From a bacterium (GTDB lineage Bacteria; UBP6; UBA1177), in assembly GCA_017615095.1 (NCBI GenBank), contig JAGAAT010000020.1:1-33598 (forward strand): DNA of 33,598 nucleotides, given 5' to 3'. Positions 25,391 through 33,324 of this stretch are shown here, one piece after another; the first letter of the stretch is position 1; every line of letters begins with the position of its first letter. Position numbers and translations under genes: made by a program. Below the pieces are notes generated by a model, which saw only the letters and a list, made by a program, of their open reading frames with translations, had not been told where the DNA came from and searched no databases.

Positions 25391-25419
25391 TTGACAAAGT
25401 GAACGGGTGACTATAAATT
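25391..25419 (+). promoter_or_regulatory. Sigma70-like promoter for nifS-nifU
   Basis: TTGACA (25391..25396), then either TATAAA at 15-nt spacing or TAAATT at 17-nt spacing (25412..25419). The ATG is at 25454. Confidence 0.4.
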
Positions 25420-25453
25420 ACCGCGTTATTATTTTTGCGAGGTTCGTTTTTAT

Positions 25454-26644
25454 ATGGAACACAGGGTATATCTCGACAACAGCGCGACCACTCCGGTAAG
25501 ACCAGAAGTCGTCGAAGCGATCATGCCGTTTCTGACTGAGTTCGGCGGTAATCCGTCGAGTCGTCACAAGGACGGTCGGATCGTTAAAACGGCTGTCGAA
25601 AACGCAAGGCAGCAGGTCGCAGACGCCATCAACGCCGATGCGCGTGAAATCTTCTTCAACTCGTGTGCAAGCGAGGGCAACAACACGGTTCTGCGCGGCT
25701 ACACGCTGGGTCTCGGTAAAAACACCGATAAAAAGCATATAATCATCACCTCCGTCGAGCATCCGAGTGTGCTGAACACCGCAAATGCGCTCGAAAAGGA
25801 GGGTTTCGAGGTCACCTATCTGCCGGTCGACAGCCTGGGGAGGCTCAGCCTCGACGATCTCCGTGCGGCGATCAGACCGACGACGGGACTGATCTCGACG
25901 ATGATGGTCAACAACGAGATCGGGAACATCTATCCGGTTGAAGATATTTCGAAAATCGCCCACGAGCACAACATACTGCACCACGTTGACGCTGTCCAGG
26001 CAGTAGGCAAGATCCCGGTCGATGTCAAAAAGATCGGCTGCGACTTCCTGACGATTTCGGCGCACAAATTCTACGGACTCAAGGGTTCCGGTGCGCTTTT
26101 TGTCAAACGCGGAAGAGTTTTGAAGCCGCTTCTTACCGGCGGACACCAGGAGATGACGAGGCGTCCGGGCACCGAAAACGTTGTCGGGATCGTCGGCATG
26201 GGCAAGGCGATCGAACTTGCGGTCAGGGAGCTTCCCACCGAAATGAAGAGGATCTCTGAACTGCGTGACCGTCTCGAAAGCCGCATCCTGGCAGAAATAC
26301 CTTTCACCCGTGTTGTCGGAGACCCTTCGAACAGAGTCCCGACGCTCACGAACATTTCGTTCAGATTCATCGAGGGAGAGGGCATCCTGCTGAAGCTCGA
26401 CCTCAGCGGGATCTCGGTTTCGACCGGCTCCGCGTGCTCTTCGAGCAACCTTCAGGCAAGCCACGTCATCATGGCGCTCAACGGCGATCCTGAAGAGGCG
26501 CACTCGAGCATAAGGTTTTCGCTTGGAAAGTCGGCGAACCTTGAGGATATCGACTATACGGTCGAAGTAATGAAGCAGACTGCCGAACAGCTCCGCAGCT
26601 TTTCGCCGGTCTATGACGAATTTTTGGCAAAACAGAAAAACTAA
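25454..26644 (+). CDS. nifS: Cysteine desulfurase, NifS type (class V aminotransferase)
   Basis: The PLP lysine context is SAHKFYG and the active-site Cys loop is STGSACSS. 396 aa, followed directly by the scaffold gene. Confidence 0.95.
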   Translation: MEHRVYLDNSATTPVRPEVVEAIMPFLTEFGGNPSSRHKDGRIVKTAVENARQQVADAINADAREIFFNSCASEGNNTVLRGYTLGLGKNTDKKHIIITSVEHPSVLNTANALEKEGFEVTYLPVDSLGRLSLDDLRAAIRPTTGLISTMMVNNEIGNIYPVEDISKIAHEHNILHHVDAVQAVGKIPVDVKKIGCDFLTISAHKFYGLKGSGALFVKRGRVLKPLLTGGHQEMTRRPGTENVVGIVGMGKAIELAVRELPTEMKRISELRDRLESRILAEIPFTRVVGDPSNRVPTLTNISFRFIEGEGILLKLDLSGISVSTGSACSSSNLQASHVIMALNGDPEEAHSSIRFSLGKSANLEDIDYTVEVMKQTAEQLRSFSPVYDEFLAKQKN

Positions 26645-26663
26645 CTGACTGAGGGAGATACTT

Positions 26664-27047
26664 ATGATCAATTACACTGAAAAAGTTATGGAACACTTCA
26701 TGCATCCGAGAAACGTCGGAAAGATCGACAACGCAAACGCAGTTGCTGAGGTTGGCAACGCTCAATGCGGCGATATTATTAAGATTTTTCTTCGCATAAA
26801 CCCGGACGGCATCATCGAGGACATCTCCTTCCAGACCTTCGGGTGCGGCGCTGCGATCGCTACTTCGTCGATGACGACAGAGATGGTCAAGGGCATGAAC
26901 ATCGAAGATGCGCTCAAAGTCACACGCGAGCAGGTCGCTGACGAGCTCGGCGGTCTTCCGGCAAGCAAAATGCACTGCTCGAATCTTGCGGCAGAGGCGC
27001 TTCACAAGGCGATCAACGAATACAAGGTGAAATACAACATGATATAG
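26664..27047 (+). CDS. nifU: Fe-S cluster assembly scaffold, NifU/IscU N-terminal type
   Basis: The three conserved Cys contexts are GNAQCGD, FGCGAAIA and KMHCS. 127 aa, with a GAGGGAG SD. Confidence 0.95.
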   Translation: MINYTEKVMEHFMHPRNVGKIDNANAVAEVGNAQCGDIIKIFLRINPDGIIEDISFQTFGCGAAIATSSMTTEMVKGMNIEDALKVTREQVADELGGLPASKMHCSNLAAEALHKAINEYKVKYNMI

Positions 27048-27054
27048 GCGCCGG

Positions 27055-28194
27055 ATGAGTTTTTCACCCGCCAGAGTTCTGTTTTTCATTTTTTTTCTCA
27101 CACTCCTCTCTCCCTGTTTTGCTGACAATTTCGATGATTTGCTCGATGAATCAGGACTTGCGGGGAGCTTTTCTCCGACGCTCCGTATCGGCATAAAGGT
27201 CGATGTGGATTCGGTCGCTCTCTCGGGAGACGCCGATGTCCTTGCCTCTGACGGCAGTGTGATCGGTCAGATCCAGGGCGCATACGAGCTTGCCGTCAGG
27301 GATGGCGGGATCTCTATTTCCGGAATGAAATTCGGGCGCGGTCCGATCCGTCTCCGTTCGAGTCTGCTGCCGCTGAAGGTCGGGACGACGATGCTCCGCG
27401 GCGAAGTCGAAGTCTTTCTTGAGAACGGCAGGCTGACGGTCGTCAACGAGCTCGGGATCGAAGATTACGTCCGCGGCGTCATCAACAAGGAGGCGATCCC
27501 CTCCTGGCCGCTCGAGGCGAAAAAGACTCAGGCGGTTCTTGCGAGGACATTTGCCGTCTACCAGAAGATGTTCAACCCGCGGAGCAGGCTTTTCGATCTT
27601 GCTCCGTCAGTCCTGGATCAGGTCTACGGAGGTCTCGGCAGGGAGGATCTTTCGTCGAACAGAGCTGTCGACGAGACAAAGGGCGAGGTCATAACGATCG
27701 GCTCTAATCCCGCGAAGATCTACTTCCATTCGACCTGCGGCGGCACGATTTCGAGTTCAGCCGAGGTTTGGGGCAAGGATGAACCCCACCTGAAGGAAAA
27801 GGCGTGTCCGTACTGCCGGAAGTCGTCGCTTTACCGCTGGACCCGGAAGCTTGACGCGGCGGATGTCGCAAAAAAACTGGCTCCTGCCGGCATCTCAGGC
27901 GGAATAAAGTCGATAAAGGCGGAGCGCGGCAGGACGCGGGTAAAAAATGTTGTCGTCAACGGCAGAAAAATACCAGTCAACAAATTCCGCGAACTTGTCG
28001 GCTTTTCGGTCGTCTGGTCTAACGACTTTACCGTTCAGAAAAACGGCAACACGCTGATTTTCCAGGGGAAAGGCGCCGGGCACGGAGTCGGGGTCTGCCA
28101 GTGGGGAATGGCTGGTATGGCGGCTCAGGGGAAGGATCACAGAGAGATCCTGAAGTTTTATTTGAGCGGAATCGAAATAAGAAAAATGTATTAA
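27055..28194 (+). CDS. SpoIID/LytB-domain protein (peptidoglycan remodelling)
   Basis: It has a signal peptide. SpoIID-like motifs are YVRGVINKE...WPLEAKKTQAVLARTFA and YFHSTCGGT, plus GHGVGVCQWG. Confidence 0.9.
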   Translation: MSFSPARVLFFIFFLTLLSPCFADNFDDLLDESGLAGSFSPTLRIGIKVDVDSVALSGDADVLASDGSVIGQIQGAYELAVRDGGISISGMKFGRGPIRLRSSLLPLKVGTTMLRGEVEVFLENGRLTVVNELGIEDYVRGVINKEAIPSWPLEAKKTQAVLARTFAVYQKMFNPRSRLFDLAPSVLDQVYGGLGREDLSSNRAVDETKGEVITIGSNPAKIYFHSTCGGTISSSAEVWGKDEPHLKEKACPYCRKSSLYRWTRKLDAADVAKKLAPAGISGGIKSIKAERGRTRVKNVVVNGRKIPVNKFRELVGFSVVWSNDFTVQKNGNTLIFQGKGAGHGVGVCQWGMAGMAAQGKDHREILKFYLSGIEIRKMY

Positions 28195-28242
28195 AAAAAA
28201 TTTCTCAATAAAATCTCTCGTTTTATTTTTTTGGAGGCAACT

Positions 28243-29718
28243 ATGAAAAAAATTCTCATTCTGACGGTCGCTGTTTTGGCGACACTTACTTTTATCGCCT
28301 GCGGCTCCAGCAGCAACGGAGGAAACGGCGGCGAAGGAAACAACGGACCGCGCTGCGGAGACGGCAAAGTCGATGACGGCGAAGTCTGCGACGGAAATAT
28401 CGCGTGTGCCGATGCCGGTCACTTCTATCCTGAGTTCGAGGCTGTCTGCAACAGCGACTGCACGGCTCTCGATACTACAAACTGCAAACCGCGTGACCCG
28501 AACGACAAGTGCGGAAACGGCACGATCGATGCCGGCGAGATCTGTGAACAGGGACAGCTCAAGGACTGCTCCGAGCTTTCGGCAAGCACGCCTGTCGGTC
28601 AGTCGAGATGCAGACGCGACTGCCGCGGATGGACTCCCGAAGACTGCTCTTCCGGCGGAAAGATCAGAACATGTGCTCAGACAGTCGAATGTATCCTCAA
28701 GTGCAGTGACGAATCCTGCATCAATGCCTGCAAAGAGGCTGCTACGGAACAGGGAGCGGCTCTTCTTGCGGCTCTTGAAAGCTGTGCATCTGCGTGCGGC
28801 GGTCTTGCCGACAGCAACTGCCTGAGTTCGAGCTGCTACGACGAATACTATGCCTGCTTCCCTCTTGAAAGGTGCGGAAACGGCAAGATCGACGATGGCG
28901 AGATCTGCGAAGAGAAGGAGACGAAGCCCTGTCAGGAGCTCAGCACGGAAGATAAAACCTGGCAGCCGATCAACGATGCTGTCTGCAACAAAACCTGCGA
29001 CGGCTGGGACACCTACTCCTGCATAGACATCAACGCTCTCACCTGCTACCAGGCTTTCGAGTGCGTTCAGGCATGTTCCGATTCTGAATGCGAGCAGAAC
29101 TGCCTTTCAAAAACATCTGTTCCGGCAAAGACAAAATACGACACGATGAAGGCTTGTCTTGACGAGCACTGCTCCGGTTCGGCGCTTTCCGAGGAGTGCA
29201 TCAACGAGCACTGCAAATTCCAGACAGATGCGTGCAAGACCCACCTTACATGCGGAAACGGCAACATCGACCAGTACGAGATCTGCGAAGCGAAGGAGTT
29301 CGTAGACTGCGGCGAAATCAAGGACAGCGCAGGCGAGTCACTCTACGAAGCAGGGACAGCACAGGCATTCTGCAATTCGAACTGCACCGAATGGAGCGCT
29401 CTCATGTGCTACAAGTTCTGCAGCTGCGCCGAGGTCAAGACCTGCATCGAGCAGGAGTGCGGCGGATATCCGACAAGCAACGCTGAAAATACCGATGAGA
29501 AGAAAGCCTGCATAAGCAAGTGCGAAGACGAAGGCAACCATGTCGGCAAAAAAGAGGCTCAGGATTACAGAACTGCGATCGAGAGCTGTGTCGAGACAGA
29601 CCAGTCCGGCAACCCGACCGGCAACAACGCATGGGATTCAGATACCTGCAAGGAACAGATGCCTTCACAGGCAGGAGTTACCTGCGGGACCGAAGACAAC
29701 GCAAAGTGTCCGTACTAA
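28243..29718 (+). CDS. Very Cys-rich secreted lipoprotein with Myxococcus-type cysteine-rich repeats (CGNGxxDxGExC) alternating with Cys-rich helical modules
   Basis: The start is taken as ATG 28243 (MKKILILTVAVLATLTFIACGSS, lipobox), preceded by GGAGG. The four repeat heads are CGDGKVDDGEVCD, CGNGTIDAGEICE, CGNGKIDDGEICE and CGNGNIDQYEICE. Confidence 0.85.
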   Translation: MKKILILTVAVLATLTFIACGSSSNGGNGGEGNNGPRCGDGKVDDGEVCDGNIACADAGHFYPEFEAVCNSDCTALDTTNCKPRDPNDKCGNGTIDAGEICEQGQLKDCSELSASTPVGQSRCRRDCRGWTPEDCSSGGKIRTCAQTVECILKCSDESCINACKEAATEQGAALLAALESCASACGGLADSNCLSSSCYDEYYACFPLERCGNGKIDDGEICEEKETKPCQELSTEDKTWQPINDAVCNKTCDGWDTYSCIDINALTCYQAFECVQACSDSECEQNCLSKTSVPAKTKYDTMKACLDEHCSGSALSEECINEHCKFQTDACKTHLTCGNGNIDQYEICEAKEFVDCGEIKDSAGESLYEAGTAQAFCNSNCTEWSALMCYKFCSCAEVKTCIEQECGGYPTSNAENTDEKKACISKCEDEGNHVGKKEAQDYRTAIESCVETDQSGNPTGNNAWDSDTCKEQMPSQAGVTCGTEDNAKCPY

Positions 29719-29734
29719 ACAACAATCCGATATT

Positions 29735-29759
29735 CCGGCGCGGCTAATAGTCGCGTCGG
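29735..29759 (+). terminator. Hairpin downstream of the Cys-rich gene (possible weak terminator)
   Basis: CCGGCGCG, a 9-nt loop, then CGCGTCGG. This gives an 8-bp stem including one G-U pair. No clear U-tract follows. Confidence 0.25.
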
Positions 29760-29772
29760 AGCTTCTTGCACT

Positions 29773-31590
29773 GTGTCACAGAAATCAGACGGAAAACCGG
29801 TTTTTCAGACGCTGAAAAGGGCGTTGGTGCTGCTTTTGATCCTCTGCATCCTGGGAGGAGCAGCATCTTATCTGATCTCGAGGGCTGTAGATTCGAAACT
29901 TTCTGAAATAACTGGAAATTTTGTCAGCAGCATAAAAAAAGGCTACGGGCTTGATCTGAGGCTTTCCGGCATGAAGACCTCTCTACTGCCTCCGAGCGTA
30001 AAGCTTGATTCCGCCGAGCTTTCCAACGCCGGTTCCTCCGTTTTGAAACTCAAAAGCTGCGCCGTAAGGAAGCTGAGTTTCAGTTCGCAGATGGAGCCGG
30101 AAATCTTCTGTGACTCCGCAGAGATCTACGGCGGAGAGATCGTGACTGCCGCAAAGGCACTTGTCGCGGTCAAAACCGGAAAAGTCAGCCCGAATCCGGC
30201 TCATCCGGTGACGTACGGCAGCAGGATCTCCGACAGGATTTCAAAATTCACGCTCTCGATAGAGAAGATGAGCTTCGTTTACGGTATGTTTTCCGAGAGC
30301 TACAGGATGGATTATGCTCCGGTCGCCGGCAGCAACAAAGTCCTGTTGAGGCAGGGGGACCAGCTTCTCGAGCTCTTTTTCGATTCGAAATTCAACGATG
30401 CCCGGCTCCGTCTTGAAAAATTCGATCTCTCCAAGCTGAGCGGTTTTTTTGCTGAAGGTTTCGGGCTGGCGCTGAATGAAGGTTCGGTCGATGCGAGGAT
30501 CGGGATCGCCCGCGAAAATACGAGCTTCACCCTTCACAGTGATATTACGATCCAGGATCTGAATTTTCTCTATCCGCTTTTCGATTCGGCGCCTTTTTCG
30601 CTCCCGTTCTTCAGATTCCTGGGTGACATCAGCCTCGATGCGCTTAGTCAGAACGTCAGTATAAAAGATGCGAAACTCACTCTGGGCGGACTTGACGCCG
30701 ATTTTTCGCTCACGAGGACAACGAACTCGATCAGGGTCGATGCAAAACCGGACACGATGCAGCTGAACCGCCTCGCAACGCTTATCGGCACGGGTGATAT
30801 TTTCCGCGATTTCCTTCTCGGCGGAACCCTTACGCTTGACCTCGGATATCAGAAAAACGCAGACGAAGAGCCTGTTTTTTCGATTTCCGGCGAAGTCACA
30901 GATCCGCAGCAGCTTTCGGAGCGTCTGAACTACCTCAAAGGCGATTTCGAGTACACCTTCACCAACGCTGACGGAAGGAGCTATTCCTTCCGCGTAGGTC
31001 CGTCGAATCCACGTTTCGCACGTTTTGACGACCTCCCGACGCACCTCGTCTGGGCGGTTCTTGTTTCTGAGGACGCCGGATTTTATCTCCACAAGGGAGT
31101 TGCTTTCGAGGAGCTTGACGCCGCAGTCAAGGACAACGTCAAAAAACACAGGCTGCGCGGCGGTTCGACGATCACCCAGCAGATCGCCAAGAACCTCTTC
31201 CTGACCCGCGAAAAGACGCTTCTGCGCAAGCTTAGGGAGCTCCTTCTTGCAATCGAACTGGATGCAACGCTCTCGAAAAACCGGCTCCTTGAGATCTATT
31301 TCAACATCGTAGAATGGGCGCCCGGCGTCTTCGGGATCACGAATGCCGCGAACTACTATTTCGGCAAAACTCCCGAGGAGCTCTCACCGATGGAGTCGGC
31401 CTATCTCGCCTCGATAATCCCCGGTCCGTCGAAGTATCACTACCAGTTTTTGACCAACAACGTCAGTGAAAGGTGGTACGACCACCTCTACCGGATCCTC
31501 ACGCTCATGCATGACACCGGTCACATCACGCTTGAAGAGTACCTTGATTCGATGCGGGAGGCGGTCATTTTCCGCGAAAGAGAGGAATGA
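29773..31590 (+). CDS. Glycosyltransferase family 51 peptidoglycan transglycosylase domain protein with a ~420-aa N-terminal extension
   Basis: C-terminal GT51 motifs are EDAGFYLHKGV, GGSTITQQIAKNL and RKLRELLLAIELD. No transpeptidase domain is present. The N-terminal TM is ALVLLLILCILGGAASYLI. The start is GTG, and no in-frame ATG lies before the TM. Confidence 0.85.
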   Translation: MSQKSDGKPVFQTLKRALVLLLILCILGGAASYLISRAVDSKLSEITGNFVSSIKKGYGLDLRLSGMKTSLLPPSVKLDSAELSNAGSSVLKLKSCAVRKLSFSSQMEPEIFCDSAEIYGGEIVTAAKALVAVKTGKVSPNPAHPVTYGSRISDRISKFTLSIEKMSFVYGMFSESYRMDYAPVAGSNKVLLRQGDQLLELFFDSKFNDARLRLEKFDLSKLSGFFAEGFGLALNEGSVDARIGIARENTSFTLHSDITIQDLNFLYPLFDSAPFSLPFFRFLGDISLDALSQNVSIKDAKLTLGGLDADFSLTRTTNSIRVDAKPDTMQLNRLATLIGTGDIFRDFLLGGTLTLDLGYQKNADEEPVFSISGEVTDPQQLSERLNYLKGDFEYTFTNADGRSYSFRVGPSNPRFARFDDLPTHLVWAVLVSEDAGFYLHKGVAFEELDAAVKDNVKKHRLRGGSTITQQIAKNLFLTREKTLLRKLRELLLAIELDATLSKNRLLEIYFNIVEWAPGVFGITNAANYYFGKTPEELSPMESAYLASIIPGPSKYHYQFLTNNVSERWYDHLYRILTLMHDTGHITLEEYLDSMREAVIFREREE

Positions 31591-31745
31591 TTTTCCTTTT
31601 CTTATTCTCAGCTCTCCGACCAGGCCGCTTCTAAAAAACCAGGAGCCGTAATAGTGCAAATTTATTGATTTTTCTTCTGGTATCCTTATCGTTGTCTTTG
31701 TTTTATCCAGACGGGTGTGCCCCGTATTTTGATTTGGGGATAAAT

Positions 31746-32537
31746 ATGAAGCGAATATGCTTTTTTCTGTTGTTTTGCTTGATTGCTGTAACCGCAATCT
31801 CTTGCAACAAATCGGAAAAGGAAAGAAAACAGGCGGCGGTTTTCCTGAGCCAAAGGGAGAAAAAAGAGGTCTTGGAAAATATCGCAAAACTGACTGAAGA
31901 AATCGCAAAGAAAGAACACGAGGATCTTTATGCCGAAAGAGGAAGCCAATATATTAAATTGTGGAGATATTTTGATGCATTGGAAGATTTCAAAAAAGCA
32001 ATATATTTGGATCCGATAAATTTGAGAGCAATCAAAAAAATCGCGGCAGTATATTTTGTTCTCGGTGATGATGAGAAGTCTTTGAAATATTACAATGATA
32101 TGGTACAGTTCTTGAATCTTTTCAAGGAATTAGCAAATGAAGGCGAGATGCGGAAAGAAATGGAAAAAGATGCCGAATTTGCAAAAAACAGAATTGGAGT
32201 TCTGGAAAGAATAATCGCAAAAAGGGAGAAAGAAAAAGACCGGATAGGCGGAGATTTACGGAAGCAGGGCAATTTGAGAGCGGATCTGGAAAACGGGAAA
32301 GGGGTTCTGCTCTGTCCTGACGGAGTAAGGTTTGAAGGAATGTTCGAAAACGGAATGATCAAAGGCGAAGGAAAGTTCATATATCCCGAAGGTGCTGAAC
32401 TTGAAGGAATATTTGACGGATTTGTCCCTGTAAGCATAAAAAAAGCGACATGCAACGGGAAAGAGACAGAATATCTGCTCTACAGAAATAATTTCGGAGA
32501 ATGGGATCTGCCTTTTATGAACTGCCCGATCAGGTAA
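31746..32537 (+). CDS. Lipoprotein with TPR-like helical repeats and C-terminal MORN-like repeats
   Basis: The start is taken as ATG 31746 (MKRICFFLLFCLIAVTAISCNK, lipobox). The TPR-like stretch is YAERGSQYIKLWRYFDALEDFKKAIYLDP. The MORN-like stretch is GKGVLLCPDGVRFEGMFENGMIKGEGKFIYPEGAELEGIFDG. Confidence 0.8.
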   Translation: MKRICFFLLFCLIAVTAISCNKSEKERKQAAVFLSQREKKEVLENIAKLTEEIAKKEHEDLYAERGSQYIKLWRYFDALEDFKKAIYLDPINLRAIKKIAAVYFVLGDDEKSLKYYNDMVQFLNLFKELANEGEMRKEMEKDAEFAKNRIGVLERIIAKREKEKDRIGGDLRKQGNLRADLENGKGVLLCPDGVRFEGMFENGMIKGEGKFIYPEGAELEGIFDGFVPVSIKKATCNGKETEYLLYRNNFGEWDLPFMNCPIR

Positions 32538-32571
32538 AACGTAGATATTATTTTTATTTCAGAGGTTCAGA

Positions 32572-33228
32572 ATGAAGATAAAATCGGTTATTTTTGATAT
32601 GGACGGGACGCTGCTTTCGACGCTCAAAATCATCTCTGATACGAACAACGAGATCCTTGAAAAGCACGGTTTCCCGACTCATTCGATGGAAAAGTACAAG
32701 ACCTTTGTCGGTGACGGGCTCAGGATGCTCCTGCGCCGCGCTCTGCCCAAGGATTTTGATGAAAATCTGCTGGGTCCGATGCTTGCCGAGGTTTTGGATC
32801 TGTATCACGAGCGCGGTGTCGGCACGATCCCGCCGTTCGAGGGGATCCGCGAGACGCTTGATGCGCTTGTTCAGCGCGGAGTGAACATCTCTATCCTGAC
32901 GAACAAGGAACACAAGTACGCTCTCCTGAACGCGGAGACGATCCTCGGTGAATACAAGTTCAACCCGATAATCGGCGAAAGAGCCGGCAAACCGCTCAAA
33001 CCGGCTCCCGACGGGATCTGGGAAGTCTGCGAAATCACCGGGATTCCTCGAGAAAACACCGTCTATGCCGGAGATATGAAGGTCGATGTCGTTACGGCAA
33101 AAAACGCCGGAGTCCGCTCAGTAGCCTGCCTCTGGGGATTTGGCAGAAAGGAGGATCTGGAGGCTCTCGGAGCCGACTATCTGATTGAAAATCCGCTCGA
33201 TCTGGTCAGGATCGTTGATGAATCTTAA
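32572..33228 (+). CDS. HAD-superfamily hydrolase, phosphoglycolate-phosphatase-like
   Basis: Motif I is FDMDGTL, motif II is LTNK and motif IV is GDMKVD. 218 aa. Confidence 0.85.
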   Translation: MKIKSVIFDMDGTLLSTLKIISDTNNEILEKHGFPTHSMEKYKTFVGDGLRMLLRRALPKDFDENLLGPMLAEVLDLYHERGVGTIPPFEGIRETLDALVQRGVNISILTNKEHKYALLNAETILGEYKFNPIIGERAGKPLKPAPDGIWEVCEITGIPRENTVYAGDMKVDVVTAKNAGVRSVACLWGFGRKEDLEALGADYLIENPLDLVRIVDES

Positions 33229-33324
33229 ATTCCCCTGAAACTGCCGGGTCTGGTGTCACGCAGTGACGGAGAGGGTGGAGACGCCTCGCGGCGCGTCTAC
33301 GCGTTACCTCACACAACGGATTTG

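Noticed and set aside
25418-26671. A 417-aa ORF antisense to nifS. Similar long antisense ORFs lie at 19657..20841 (opposite mutS2), 22882..23835 (opposite pepP), 30241..31149 (opposite the GT51 gene), 17322..18224 and 18438..19283 (opposite the OPT gene), and 1024..1770.
   Set aside because: Each lies entirely opposite a gene with unmistakable conserved motifs. Their translations are Arg/Asp/Val-rich low-information sequence without motifs or SD sites. Rare use of TTA, CTA and TCA codons in the sense genes naturally removes stops from the antisense frame.
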